IMG/VR virus record: IMGVR_UViG_3300036881_000016
Location: 2,891 to 66,890 of that record
Source: a virus
Reading direction: 5' to 3' (one strand)
Length of the DNA: 64,000 nucleotides
The notes under the pieces are model-generated. The model searched no databases. It worked only from the letters and a program-made list of their open reading frames with translations, and was not told the DNA's origin. The translations under genes and the position numbers were made by a program. How positions within the stretch are numbered: the stretch's first letter is position 1; each line of letters begins with the position of its first letter. Positions 51,001 through 59,700 of the stretch are shown in pieces.

Positions 51001-51790
51001 CTGTTCCAGAAACGTGAACTATCTGGTTGACTTGCGGATTTGAATTGTCGGTATTGATGCTTATCGAAGTGTTTTGCACGATGGATTCTGTGGCTTTAAG
51101 CGATTCTTTCACTTCTTCCGAGAACTCGGGCTCAGCCCCCTCAGTCCCTAGAACAAACTTGGCTGCGCGAATCTCAAGTTTGGCACCTACCGCACAGTTG
51201 ATGGTATTATCAACGACAATCTGCGTGTCGCCTTCGCTTGCATCCTGTGCGACTGCCATTAGCTCAGTGAGCGTGAAGAAATTAGCGGTCCACGGATCGC
51301 TGGAGAAGTTCTTTTCAATCTCTGAGCCTGGCGGATCATACCAGTAGGGATCAAGAGCGTCAACATATAGTGGCACAAAGCCCCAGGAGAGTTGCCTATT
51401 TGAGTCATCGGCGAATGTATCAAAGCCCTTTGAATACCTGCAATACAACACCCTGGTTTGTCCCTCTTCGTTTGTTACCCAAAGCTGTACATCGTTATTT
51501 GGATTGAGCGATCTACGCAGTTTTGAGAGGTTATGATGAAAGTCCGCTGGCGAATTGCCTCGGATATAAAGCGGAAGATAAACCTCTCTGATGCCGTATT
51601 GGACCTGAGCTAACTCTGCGCCTGCAATATTCGGAACTTGGTCGCTCGTGAGCGTAACAGGCATCCCGTGATGGCCGGTAACTCCGTCCATAAGGTTATA
51701 AATGCCATCGTAGCAAGTTGGGTCATCGGTCGGCGCAACTTGTAAGTTGTAACTTTCCCCATCTGCAGTTTTGAGTATCCAAGTTTCCAT
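48095..51790 (-). CDS. Distal tail (Dit-like) protein with large multi-domain insertion
   Basis: N-terminal 'REVYLPLYI..LRRSLNP..RVLYCRY..ALDPYWY' and C-terminal 'NNGEDKTFPVWTITGP..P.LTN.TTG..FWGFVPTANVI' are Dit-like. Ig-like, GH-like, thioredoxin-like and CxxCxGxG inserts lie between or within them. Confidence 0.8.
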   Translation of the reverse strand: METWILKTADGESYNLQVAPTDDPTCYDGIYNLMDGVTGHHGMPVTLTSDQVPNIAGAELAQVQYGIREVYLPLYIRGNSPADFHHNLSKLRRSLNPNNDVQLWVTNEEGQTRVLYCRYSKGFDTFADDSNRQLSWGFVPLYVDALDPYWYDPPGSEIEKNFSSDPWTANFFTLTELMAVAQDASEGDTQIVVDNTINCAVGAKLEIRAAKFVLGTEGAEPEFSEEVKESLKATESIVQNTSISINTDNSNPQVNQIVHVSGTAVSVSGTNVSNSVCEVSMTTSNGVTTTHTVITNANGNYNFTWIPDIEDVFSFIVKLLADEVNFHTSTSPTLPITVGTTAATTLTLAVSPSNPAVNSTFTLSGTLKAKNVGVIGQKIALQRSTPMGMSNMGSATTDKNGAYSITVREPHVGWVSYTASYAGDTVTTITKQDPSLSSWLTWLFEKIFGALEGNVKYGSFAASKASLVVAIGTFTYPINYMAGLPPSMINDGEIQYFGYNGFMGIICIAEATSDNYSTEYHIIHDTHAANPNYGNNMWAAIDISVVTNDHTKPLSTWHDWLVSLYNAGWRYVMGGNSGDRVGDPAYLNSLGLKYINDNATPWPGTTTNPDTSGTGVYHNNFDLYQSASLPYVQAWTTAAYLSSPSVKSGILAYVRPDDSKGINEMLTNSLNGTSPTYKDVFDWSYINYVGMTSFVVWFRPKYNAVTARDSEPEQISLYKSLNFDTIISEIAGYYPGTHLLDGTTYTWTQPTHKAVSLTMNYTTSPAGTCEFTGTLTELITGAALTGATISLWEDVSGTWTQRATTTTNSAGNYDIPFTSTVGIHTFRVMYAGDSTHLGFTAPSAFGVTLNLCVVDTLLVKEVNEISSVDSPTVLTLANPLANNYTVAGEAYVTEVDTNDTFLTPTGATRDTAGINDNCNIVIFWMRGCPPCLTAKAQLHALQAEFTNLALTFVEIQDHDPSYDGTELSIGMDAAKVLYPEAYAFHCACGPPVPPPYGAIDALKGGMPATIAIYRGGIFVKAFCGVHTTGVDPVSDDVLEDTCGPPMTWRLGQNFIGARVVLQNNGEDKTFPVWTITGPGCVPTLTNVTTGDVFQLNHDLVAGEAVVIDATEQAHTVGSTRAADFIGSGYMKSEVCPTCHGTGVIAACATCGGTEVCPTCHGSGSISVWVPASSGSTTDVGGMYNLRFAMDPDGNTFWGFVPTANVIEVEMGLATYGQSMINVQLIQRYEGI

Positions 51791-51791
51791 T

Positions 51792-54700
51792 TTATTGCCC
51801 CGCTAAGTGGTGGTATTGCTCAAGCTCGCGAATCGCTGCGAATACCTCGCGCTTTATATTCTCGTTATCACTGACGATGCTCACCTGATATGTCGGCGCA
51901 CCCGATGTTAGTCCCGATAAGGCTTTAATGAGTGTGTCTACAAGTGTGGACGAGAATGAACCACTAGAACCGCCCGATCCAACAATGGCACCTGACCCAA
52001 AGTGCGGCAATGTATTAATGAGGCTGCCCCAGTCTTCACCCCATCGGTGCTTAGGAACTACCATCTCAGCTTCTCCCGCTTCGGCAATGACGGCAGCGAC
52101 ACCATGCACCTTCGGAGCAAAAACACCGCCTGTTGCCACAGGAATAGTCACAGGGCCAATGGTAATGCTTCCGGTGATTAGCGAGTGAACGTCAATACTC
52201 CCACCCGTTATGAGGTCCCCCCAAAGGGTTTTCGCTCCGCCTGTGATGTAAGTCGACCAGATGTCATGAGCGCCACCAGTGATGTAACTCCAAATGTCGT
52301 GAGCACCCCCCGTGATGTAACTCCAAATGTCGTGAGCACCCCCCGTAATATATGACCAGATATCATGCGCCCCGCCGGTTATGTAAGTCCAGACACTATG
52401 AGCTCCGCCCGTTATGTATGACCAGATATCATGCGCCCCGCCGGTGATGTATGACCAGATGTCATGCGCTCCACCAGTGATATAACTCCAAATGTCATGT
52501 GCTCCGCCAGTGATATATGACCAAATATCGTGTGCGGTCCCCGTGATCCACGTCCAGACTTCCTTAGCGGTGCCGGTGATCCACGTCCAAATCTCTTTAG
52601 GTGCGCCGGTAATGAAGTCCCATATAGACTTAGCGCCACCGACAACGGTAGTTGCAGCTGAACCGACCGCGCTTGTAACTTGGCCTGGAACTGCGCCCCA
52701 ATTAGTTTTCATAAGGGGTGCTAGTGGGCCTTGATCGAGATCGAAGATGCCACCTTTGGTAAGTTTGCTAAATTCCGCTCCGTAGTCAGCTTTAGCGAGA
52801 GGAGCTAACGGGCCATTATTGAGGTCGAAGATGCCCCCTTTGGTTAATGCGCCCCAGTCAACCGAACCAGCCGCCCCCATTATTTTGGATGGCAGGTTGA
52901 TCATGCCGGGCACGCTTTGAGCGCTGCTTTGAGCGCCCTCTGTCGTGTTATAGAGCCGAGGCTTCTTTAAACCAAAAAGATTATTTATGCTGTAGCCACC
53001 ACCTAAGTTGCCCAAGGAGTCAAGGGCGCCCTGCGGGCTCAAATTCGGCATCGCCGGTGCCTTGAGGCCACCAAAGAAGTTTCCTATACTACCCAAGCCA
53101 CCCATAATGGCGCTTGCACCTGGTAGGTTCTGTGGTAATAACGAACCATTTCCGAATATTCCACCCGCCATTGGATTGGTGAGATTGCCTCCGAAATTTG
53201 CCATTCCCCCTAGACTACCAAGGGCGCCCCCCAGATTCCACGTTTCGGGATCAAACGCACTTATACTCCCTAATATGCTGGAGGTGGGCCATTTGATGTT
53301 ACCAAGTGAGCTAAGTGCTGAGTCACCCAACGAACCAAATGGATTCTTTAACGGATTGTTAGGGTCAAAAGATTGGCTAGATGTATTAGATGATGAGTTC
53401 TGGGTCTTGTTGCCTGTTGCGAACTGGCCCAGACCCATAGCATCTAGGATAAACGTCCCCCAATCAATGTGGGACATCGCGTCTGTTATGCCTTTTTGGA
53501 AGCCGTTAACAAGGGCGTCGCCAGCGTCTTGCCCTGCTTGCGCGAGTTTACTGGTGCCGGACTGACCAAATGATGCTGTGCCGAGATTCGGGGATGTTAT
53601 CTGTTGGCCGATAATGTTCCCTGTGGATGTTCCAGGACCCCCACTACTCCCACCGCTGTAAATGCCTGCTTGATCGCCCGCGACTGTCGCAATCATTGAC
53701 CCAAGTATCTCGCCGATGGCGGTTCCGATGCCTGTCCAATCGACATCGTGCTCCATATAATCAGCGAGCTTACCTGCAAGTGGCTGAATCCCATCCATTA
53801 TGAGCTGCCACAGATCGCCAAGTCCGCTCTGAAAACCGCTAACGAAGTTCTTAGCAGCAGTTATACCCACGCCGACGAGATTTGGCTGACCAGTAGTGAT
53901 TAGGGCAGTTGGGATGAGATCGCTTAAACCGCCAACGAGCGAGTTAAGTGCAAGTTGTATCGCATATCGAAGACCGGAACCAAGGGCGGTTCCAACGCCG
54001 GTCCAGTTGATACCTTGAATCCAATTCATGAGACTAATCTGAATATAGTCCCATACAGGCCCAATCGTGGCCATTGACAGTTTTATGGAGTTAGAAATAT
54101 CATTTGGGATTTGGGTAGCAAGTGCGCCCCACGGAACGCTATTTTCCCAAGTCGTAAAACTTGTCTCTATAGTGTTCCAGATAGGTGTTAAGTCCTTTTG
54201 AAGATCATTCAGACCTGCGATGATTGCTATAGGTATCTTCTTGGCGTCCGCAGTCCAATTAACGCCATTGACCCAAGTGGTGAAGTCTGCTGACGCTGTG
54301 GTCCATATCTTCTTAAGGTCCGTTGTCAGCGTGGTTATGCCTGTGACGATCGCCGCTGATATCTTCTTGCCGTCGCCAACCCAATCAACACTGTTGTACC
54401 ACGTAGTAAAATCCGTCGCGACCGTATCCCATATCGTTTTAAGATCCGCTGGCAGTTTGCTTACACCTGCGACGATCTGAGTGGAAATAGTCTCGCCAAG
54501 ACCCTCCCAGTTGATCTTGCTTATCGTATTCCACATATCGGTGAAGCCGCTAGTAAAATCCGCAAATCCTGCTTTGTAGTTTCCACTGAGTATGTAACTC
54601 AGTCCGGAGGAGATGTGGCTTCCTAATGTAGTAAAAGCACCAGCCACGGTTCCAAGAGTGCCCTCAAGCTCACTAAGAGTATCTCGAAACTGTGCAGAGC

Positions 54701-56171
54701 TTGTATAAGCAAGATAAAATGCAGCGGCCATAGGCGCGATGATGGCGACTAATGCACCAATAGCTACCGTCGCGACGATTATCACCGGAGCAAGCAAAGC
54801 CATAACGCCTACGATGAGCGGAAGAGCTGTGACAACCGCACCGACGGCAGTAACGATAGATCCAAATGCTGAGATAAGCCCTCCAATGATTACTAGCGCC
54901 GGACCTATTGCAGCAACGAGGCCGACTACTACAAAAATTGCGTCAGCGACGGGCGTGGGAAGGTCACTGAATGCACTTGCTAAGTCACCAATTATGCCGA
55001 TGACGTCTTTGATGAGTGGCATCAGCTGAGTGAATGCCGAGATCAACTTCTCGCCGAGAGGGTTCAAAGCGATCTCAAGGGCGTTCTTCATTATATCAAT
55101 AGACTGTGCGAATGTGATGGTGCTGGCGCCGACGGTATTAAGACTAATTGACATCCCGTTAGACAACGCAATGAACTGCGCTGCAGTCAGGTTGCCGTCT
55201 TTAATCACGTTAAAAACGTTATCCGCAAAACGGGAACCAAATATGTTTGCTGCATCGCCAACAGAGATAAGGCCGTGCTGTATGCCGTAGAAAACACCCT
55301 GAAGCTGGTCGGCAGTGGTATTGCCCTGGATACCAGCATCCTTCATTGACTTGGTTACGTCATCGACCCACGCAGCGGGTTTGGCCGCAGCCATGCCCTT
55401 GCCAAGGTTGGCCCACGCATAGGCAATTCCCTGCATCGTGCGCGTGACATCCAAACCTTTACTTTCAATATCGCCGATTATTGGGATAATCTGTTGAAGC
55501 GAGAAACCAGCGGATTCAATAACCGGCTTATAGGTGGTAAGGTCGGTGAGGATCGAAGTAACCGGAACCCTGGCAGCTTGGGCTGCGGTATAAACCTGGT
55601 TCATGAAGCCTTCGGTCGCCTTTGCCGAAACACCCCAACTCTGTATAGCTGCCGTAAACTCAGAAGCGAGCGAAGATGCGCTTTCGCCAGTCATTCTCGA
55701 AACGTCGAGGATGTTCTTAGAAATCTCGGAGATAGCGTAGGCGCCCTCAGAGAGTTTGTTATTGACTGTTGTAAGGACTGTTGCCGTGTCAGTGAAACTA
55801 TTTGGGACTGTTGAAGCAAGGTTATCAAACTGCGTCTCGAGGCCCGCGAGCTTAGAACCAGTCGCGCCCGTTCCTGCGATGATGATAGCATACGCTTTTT
55901 GAACATTATTGGCCGCAAGTAAAGCAGCGGCGCCGACTGCAACGATAGGTGCTGTAACCATCAGCGACATGCCGACACCAGCGGCGGTCATTGTGGCGCC
56001 GAATGCTTTTATAGATGCCCCTGCACTGGTTATAGCTGCCCCTATAGTTGCGAAAGGCGTTACCGCTGCAGCGCCGAATGCTTTTATAGATACACCGGCA
56101 CTTGCGAGAGATGCATCTAACCCAACGCTGTCACCTAAGATGTGGACGATAATCGGCTCTACTGTTGCCAT
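51792..56171 (-). CDS. Tape measure protein (1459 aa)
   Basis: Long Ala/Gly-rich helical protein with hydrophobic segments and Trp-periodic repeats; C-terminal 'ATGG..AEAGEAEMVVP'; follows the chaperone genes. Confidence 0.93.
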   Translation of the reverse strand: MATVEPIIVHILGDSVGLDASLASAGVSIKAFGAAAVTPFATIGAAITSAGASIKAFGATMTAAGVGMSLMVTAPIVAVGAAALLAANNVQKAYAIIIAGTGATGSKLAGLETQFDNLASTVPNSFTDTATVLTTVNNKLSEGAYAISEISKNILDVSRMTGESASSLASEFTAAIQSWGVSAKATEGFMNQVYTAAQAARVPVTSILTDLTTYKPVIESAGFSLQQIIPIIGDIESKGLDVTRTMQGIAYAWANLGKGMAAAKPAAWVDDVTKSMKDAGIQGNTTADQLQGVFYGIQHGLISVGDAANIFGSRFADNVFNVIKDGNLTAAQFIALSNGMSISLNTVGASTITFAQSIDIMKNALEIALNPLGEKLISAFTQLMPLIKDVIGIIGDLASAFSDLPTPVADAIFVVVGLVAAIGPALVIIGGLISAFGSIVTAVGAVVTALPLIVGVMALLAPVIIVATVAIGALVAIIAPMAAAFYLAYTSSAQFRDTLSELEGTLGTVAGAFTTLGSHISSGLSYILSGNYKAGFADFTSGFTDMWNTISKINWEGLGETISTQIVAGVSKLPADLKTIWDTVATDFTTWYNSVDWVGDGKKISAAIVTGITTLTTDLKKIWTTASADFTTWVNGVNWTADAKKIPIAIIAGLNDLQKDLTPIWNTIETSFTTWENSVPWGALATQIPNDISNSIKLSMATIGPVWDYIQISLMNWIQGINWTGVGTALGSGLRYAIQLALNSLVGGLSDLIPTALITTGQPNLVGVGITAAKNFVSGFQSGLGDLWQLIMDGIQPLAGKLADYMEHDVDWTGIGTAIGEILGSMIATVAGDQAGIYSGGSSGGPGTSTGNIIGQQITSPNLGTASFGQSGTSKLAQAGQDAGDALVNGFQKGITDAMSHIDWGTFILDAMGLGQFATGNKTQNSSSNTSSQSFDPNNPLKNPFGSLGDSALSSLGNIKWPTSSILGSISAFDPETWNLGGALGSLGGMANFGGNLTNPMAGGIFGNGSLLPQNLPGASAIMGGLGSIGNFFGGLKAPAMPNLSPQGALDSLGNLGGGYSINNLFGLKKPRLYNTTEGAQSSAQSVPGMINLPSKIMGAAGSVDWGALTKGGIFDLNNGPLAPLAKADYGAEFSKLTKGGIFDLDQGPLAPLMKTNWGAVPGQVTSAVGSAATTVVGGAKSIWDFITGAPKEIWTWITGTAKEVWTWITGTAHDIWSYITGGAHDIWSYITGGAHDIWSYITGGAHDIWSYITGGAHSVWTYITGGAHDIWSYITGGAHDIWSYITGGAHDIWSYITGGAHDIWSTYITGGAKTLWGDLITGGSIDVHSLITGSITIGPVTIPVATGGVFAPKVHGVAAVIAEAGEAEMVVPKHRWGEDWGSLINTLPHFGSGAIVGSGGSSGSFSSTLVDTLIKALSGLTSGAPTYQVSIVSDNENIKREVFAAIRELEQYHHLAGQ
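52200..52636 (-). repeat. 33-bp/11-aa tandem repeat (AHDIWSYITGG) in the tape measure gene
   Basis: Seven exact amino-acid copies plus degenerate flanking copies; copies differ at synonymous positions. Confidence 0.9.
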
Positions 56172-57148
56172 TTAGTTCCCCGTAGCTTTCTTTATGCGCT
56201 CACTGACTGCGTTCAGATACTCTACGTCGGCGCCTACGTCTTCATCAGGCAGCGTGGATGGTGGTGTAACCTCGTCGATTCTCACTGCGTTCTTTACTTC
56301 CTTCGCAAAAAGCGTCTCTACTACTTGGGGGGTAAGGTGAACCGGTGCGACTTTGCCTTCGATCTCGCCGCGCATAACCTGTTGCAGGTATGCACGATCG
56401 CCTGTAGCGTCACGCGCAGCCGCTTTTTGCGGCTTCTTGCCGGACATCCCGTAGCTTACGCCGTAGGCGATTACATCAGCGAATCGCTCTTCGTAAGCTA
56501 GATGGGCTGCTATCATCTCATGTAGCTCTACCAGTGCATAGTCCCACCAGAATTCACGGGGACGTAATTTTAACGTTCCGTATGCGTGCTTCTTTAACTC
56601 TCCCCAGTCAAGGGTCCATTTTTTTCTGCGGCTGCTACTTGGCCTTCTTCCGCTGCCTTTTGAGCCGCAGCAATCTCCTCGTCAGTAATTCCGAACGCGT
56701 TTTGTAGGGCTTTATCCACTTGCTCCGAGTAATATTTTATTTTAGCAAGTTCCATCATGTCGTCCAGCTCTTCGAGTTTAAGCATCCGAGTTTCCCAAAG
56801 AAGCCCCGCCCAAAGAAACACCTTGAGCTGCGACCATGACATCCCCATCCCCGCTCTCTGCCATCTAAGGATAACCGAGATAGGTGTGGTCGGATTGCCT
56901 GTATTCACATCCGGATAATGATTCTCTATCTTTTCTATTGCTCCCATTTTAAAGTCGATCCGTCGAACATCGTTGTCCTTAAAGACAACTTCGACCGACG
57001 TATCTGATCCTGCCCCGTTCATATTGCGTCCTCCTTTCGGTCCTTTCACGGGCTTGTCGTGAACTATGGATTCATCGCCGTTCGTGACAGCTCCTCCTTT
57101 CGCTTTTCTGAGCCCATCTGTTCCAAGTCCTGCCTTTCGTTCTGCCAT
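56172..57148 (-). CDS. Tail assembly chaperone, long form made by -1 frameshift (gpGT-like)
   Basis: Slippery A AAA AAT at 56624-56618. The -1 frame reads KWTLDWGELKKHAYGTLKLRPREFWWDYALVELHEMIAAHLAYEER and continues into ORF 56172-56516. Confidence 0.8.
56594..57148 (-). CDS. Tail assembly chaperone, short form (gpG-like)
   Basis: Between the tube genes and TMP; 'RIDFKMGAIEKIE..LKVFLWAGL'. Confidence 0.8.
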   Translation of the reverse strand: MAERKAGLGTDGLRKAKGGAVTNGDESIVHDKPVKGPKGGRNMNGAGSDTSVEVVFKDNDVRRIDFKMGAIEKIENHYPDVNTGNPTTPISVILRWQRAGMGMSWSQLKVFLWAGLLWETRMLKLEELDDMMELAKIKYYSEQVDKALQNAFGITDEEIAAAQKAAEEGQVAAAEKNGPLTGES

Positions 57149-57157
57149 ACTTTTCCT

Positions 57158-57673
57158 CTAAGGAACCGTGAAGATTCCCATCGAACCGTGTGCCTGCATG
57201 TTTGCGTCGCAGTTGAGCGTTATCATGCCATACGTTGCCGAGTTCGGATCGGGATCAATGTAGTGATCCAGATAAGGGATAACGAACGACTTTTCGACGT
57301 CTGCCTGTAAGACATTCATCACGAAGTTATGCAGGCCTGCATCGTTTGTTCCCGCCGCGTTGGCACACGCCAATGGCATACTACACGCCACTTTGCATAC
57401 TGCGGTAACAGTCACACCCCAGGCACCTGCAGTCTTGAGAGTCAAGAAGTTGAGATTGCCTGTAGGCGTGAATGTCACGGTAGCTGGTAACGAACCTGTG
57501 ACAAATGTTTCCTGTGCAGTTCCTAATGCAGTTAACGCGGTTACGACCGGCGGTGAAGTCGTCAGTCCTTCTTTGAGTGGTTCCGGTTCGGGTTCCTGTG
57601 ACACAGGCGTTGCCCATCCATCAGTTTCAGGTTCCGGTTCCACCGTGTCAGTTACTTCTTTGCTTTTAGCCAT
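57158..57673 (-). CDS. Putative tail-associated structural protein
   Basis: Beta-rich; distantly resembles the adjacent 57675-58241 protein. Confidence 0.5.
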   Translation of the reverse strand: MAKSKEVTDTVEPEPETDGWATPVSQEPEPEPLKEGLTTSPPVVTALTALGTAQETFVTGSLPATVTFTPTGNLNFLTLKTAGAWGVTVTAVCKVACSMPLACANAAGTNDAGLHNFVMNVLQADVEKSFVIPYLDHYIDPDPNSATYGMITLNCDANMQAHGSMGIFTVP

Positions 57674-57674
57674 T

Positions 57675-58241
57675 TTACGACCCCACTTGGAACAAACCTA
57701 CGTTAAACGACGTGGCACTACTGTAATTTATGCTTATGTTGCCGTCATCATCAATGAAGTCGTTTGTGTGTGCTGTAGTGTCGAAGTTAACTGATATGTC
57801 TGCACTGCCAGCAACGGCAACAACAAGGTCCGCGCCGCCTAGCCATAATGTCGCTGTCCGCGCCGTGGTGTAATTGTTGACTAAACCAGCGGCGGCGTCG
57901 ATTGTGACTGCATTTCCGTTGACCGATAATACGGTGCAGTATTCGCGCCCCGCACTGTCTACGATTGTACACTGATTGCCGACGTTGAACTTGCTGCCCA
58001 ATGTAACGTTAATCACTGCTTGACCTGCATTTGCATTGCTAGTAAGCACTGAGTTGACTGGCGCGGCCCCTCCTGGGCGCGTCGTGGGAATCGTGACGGT
58101 GATCGATGGAACGCCGGCGTTCTGGAACCTAATAAATTCAGGTTTTGAGGACGGCTTGAACCGATCTCCGCACGCTGTCGCTGCAGCTAATGTCTGCTTG
58201 ACCCCAACTGTGGTTATAGGTGTAGGCGTTAAACTCGCCAT
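57675..58241 (-). CDS. Putative tail-associated structural protein with an inserted beta-module
   Basis: 'GDRF..FIRFQNAG..SITVTI..DDDGNISINYS'. Confidence 0.55.
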   Translation of the reverse strand: MASLTPTPITTVGVKQTLAAATACGDRFKPSSKPEFIRFQNAGVPSITVTIPTTRPGGAAPVNSVLTSNANAGQAVINVTLGSKFNVGNQCTIVDSAGREYCTVLSVNGNAVTIDAAAGLVNNYTTARTATLWLGGADLVVAVAGSADISVNFDTTAHTNDFIDDDGNISINYSSATSFNVGLFQVGS

Positions 58242-58253
58242 GATCTCCTACTC

Positions 58254-58703
58254 CTACGATGCCATCGTTGGGAATGTAAGCGGTCCGTCTGCAGTGAACG
58301 TTCCTTTTAGAGTAGCTTCTGTCGCTACTTGGTAGTCAAGCGTTGCAGTTTCCATGTATCCAAATCCCTGCGCCACATAGCCGCCAGGGAATAGAAGTTC
58401 GACTTGAACCCGGCCTGGTTGGTTTGCAGAGTTGTCCATAAACGTTGATCGTATGTAGTCTATGGTCGCTTCTGCGTGAACACCGTCGGACTGAAGCCAG
58501 TGCATGCCAGTAAAGTCTATTGACCAATCACGGTCGCCGGGTACTCTGTATGTCCATCTGTTTGAACCTTTCCAGTTAACTGCAATAGTCGTCATCTTAA
58601 GGTTCAACGTGCATCCTCTTTGACCGAAAAGCGTTGTCCACGTGCTAGCTATATTCAGTTTTAGCAGTACGTCGGTCCCGATCAAGGGAATTTCGCCAGC
58701 CAT
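58254..58703 (-). CDS. Tail tube (major tail) protein, TP901-1-like
   Basis: 'GTDVLL..GQRGCTL..W...PG.RDWSIDF.G..G.GY......AT..GTF...GPL'. Confidence 0.85.
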   Translation of the reverse strand: MAGEIPLIGTDVLLKLNIASTWTTLFGQRGCTLNLKMTTIAVNWKGSNRWTYRVPGDRDWSIDFTGMHWLQSDGVHAEATIDYIRSTFMDNSANQPGRVQVELLFPGGYVAQGFGYMETATLDYQVATEATLKGTFTADGPLTFPTMAS

Positions 58704-58726
58704 TTTTTATTACACCTCTTTTAGTT

Positions 58727-58742
58727 GTTTCCTTTAGGAAAC
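58727..58742. promoter_or_regulatory. Palindrome GTTTCCTTTAGGAAAC (copy 6)
   Basis: In the 55-bp gap upstream of the tail tube gene; followed by GGG, as in copy 1. Confidence 0.7.
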
Positions 58743-58758
58743 GGGTTTAGTTCGGGTT

Positions 58759-59163
58759 TCACGCCTGCCGGATATTGAACTGAAAGATAGTTGAGCCCTT
58801 CCACGTTCTTCGATCGCGTTGGAGCGCACTAGGAACAGTTCGTTCGTGAATTTGAAGGTAGTTAAAGAAGCCATTGTCTAGCACGATATTTATGCTTGTT
58901 ATTGCCGCTCTAATATCGTCTATGGCGTCTTTCACCGCGTTTGAATTTTCGCTTTCATCCCATACATTAATAGTTGCTCTAAGCTTCTCAATCGTGGTCG
59001 TCTTCGTCTGGATAGTTGAGATTATGTCCACGCTCGCTATTTCAATATATGGGGGCGGTTGGTTCTTCCGTGGCTTTTCTGAAACATTCCAGTCTGGAAG
59101 TGCCGCTTCAATGCGGCCTACTAATGCAACTTGTAAATCGTATGCAGCGGAATTTAGTGTCAT
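58759..59163 (-). CDS. Tail terminator (DUF3168-like)
   Basis: 'LQVALV..PPYIEI..INVW..VK..IDDI..A' and position next to the tube gene. Confidence 0.75.
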   Translation of the reverse strand: MTLNSAAYDLQVALVGRIEAALPDWNVSEKPRKNQPPPYIEIASVDIISTIQTKTTTIEKLRATINVWDESENSNAVKDAIDDIRAAITSINIVLDNGFFNYLQIHERTVPSALQRDRRTWKGSTIFQFNIRQA

Positions 59164-59657
59164 AAACCTATCAGTTCACTTAATGCAAGTTCAATTTGCA
59201 GCATTAGCATTGCAGGAAGCTTTTCTTGCGCTAGGTATGCAATATATTGTTTGCTCTCCACACCTTTCTCCCCGATTGTGCGAGCGACCACGTATGCGAA
59301 CTGTTTGTTAGTATATGATGTGCTATTGTGCCTCGAAGCCCACCCTAACAACGCCGCTACTGGAGGAGGTGTAGAACCAGGAGCGCGAGCAAATGGATTG
59401 GCGGGGACGGCCTCAATAGCCGTTGAATATTGTGCCATTGAACGCAGTTGTGCATCAAAGATCGCGGTCGGAGTCGCGGGTACTATATCTATCAATGACT
59501 TCGCGGCCCCGGTGTCAACCTTGATATCATCTTTGGCCATACCCTCAGCTTCTTCGAGGGCTATGTTGACGCCCGCTGCACAGCTCGCCGGAGCGATAGC
59601 TGCGAACGCTTCTAACGAGGCGATACAAGCTATGTCATCCACATAAACATCTGCCAT
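59160..59657 (-). CDS. Tail completion protein (HK97 gp10-like)
   Basis: 'AK..KVDTG..QYS.AIE..PPV..L..WA..AYVVARTI..KG..QY'. Confidence 0.75.
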   Translation of the reverse strand: MADVYVDDIACIASLEAFAAIAPASCAAGVNIALEEAEGMAKDDIKVDTGAAKSLIDIVPATPTAIFDAQLRSMAQYSTAIEAVPANPFARAPGSTPPPVAALLGWASRHNSTSYTNKQFAYVVARTIGEKGVESKQYIAYLAQEKLPAMLMLQIELALSELIGL

Positions 59658-59700
59658 TCTCTCTCTCCGTATCGTTCTTTCGTGATTTATACTTATTTAA

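Noticed and set aside
52200-52636. CRISPR-like regular repeats
   Set aside because: In-frame 33-bp coding repeats with no unique spacers; 11-residue aromatic periodicity is normal for tape measure proteins.
53008-56501. Long plus-strand ORFs opposite the tape measure and chaperone genes
   Set aside because: Antisense shadows produced by codon bias; no RBS or recognisable motifs.
57150-57167. Seventh copy of the GTTTCC-N4-GGAAAC palindrome (TTTTCCTCTAAGGAACC)
   Set aside because: Wrong spacer length and mismatched arms; it overlaps a stop codon and an RBS, which explains the similarity.
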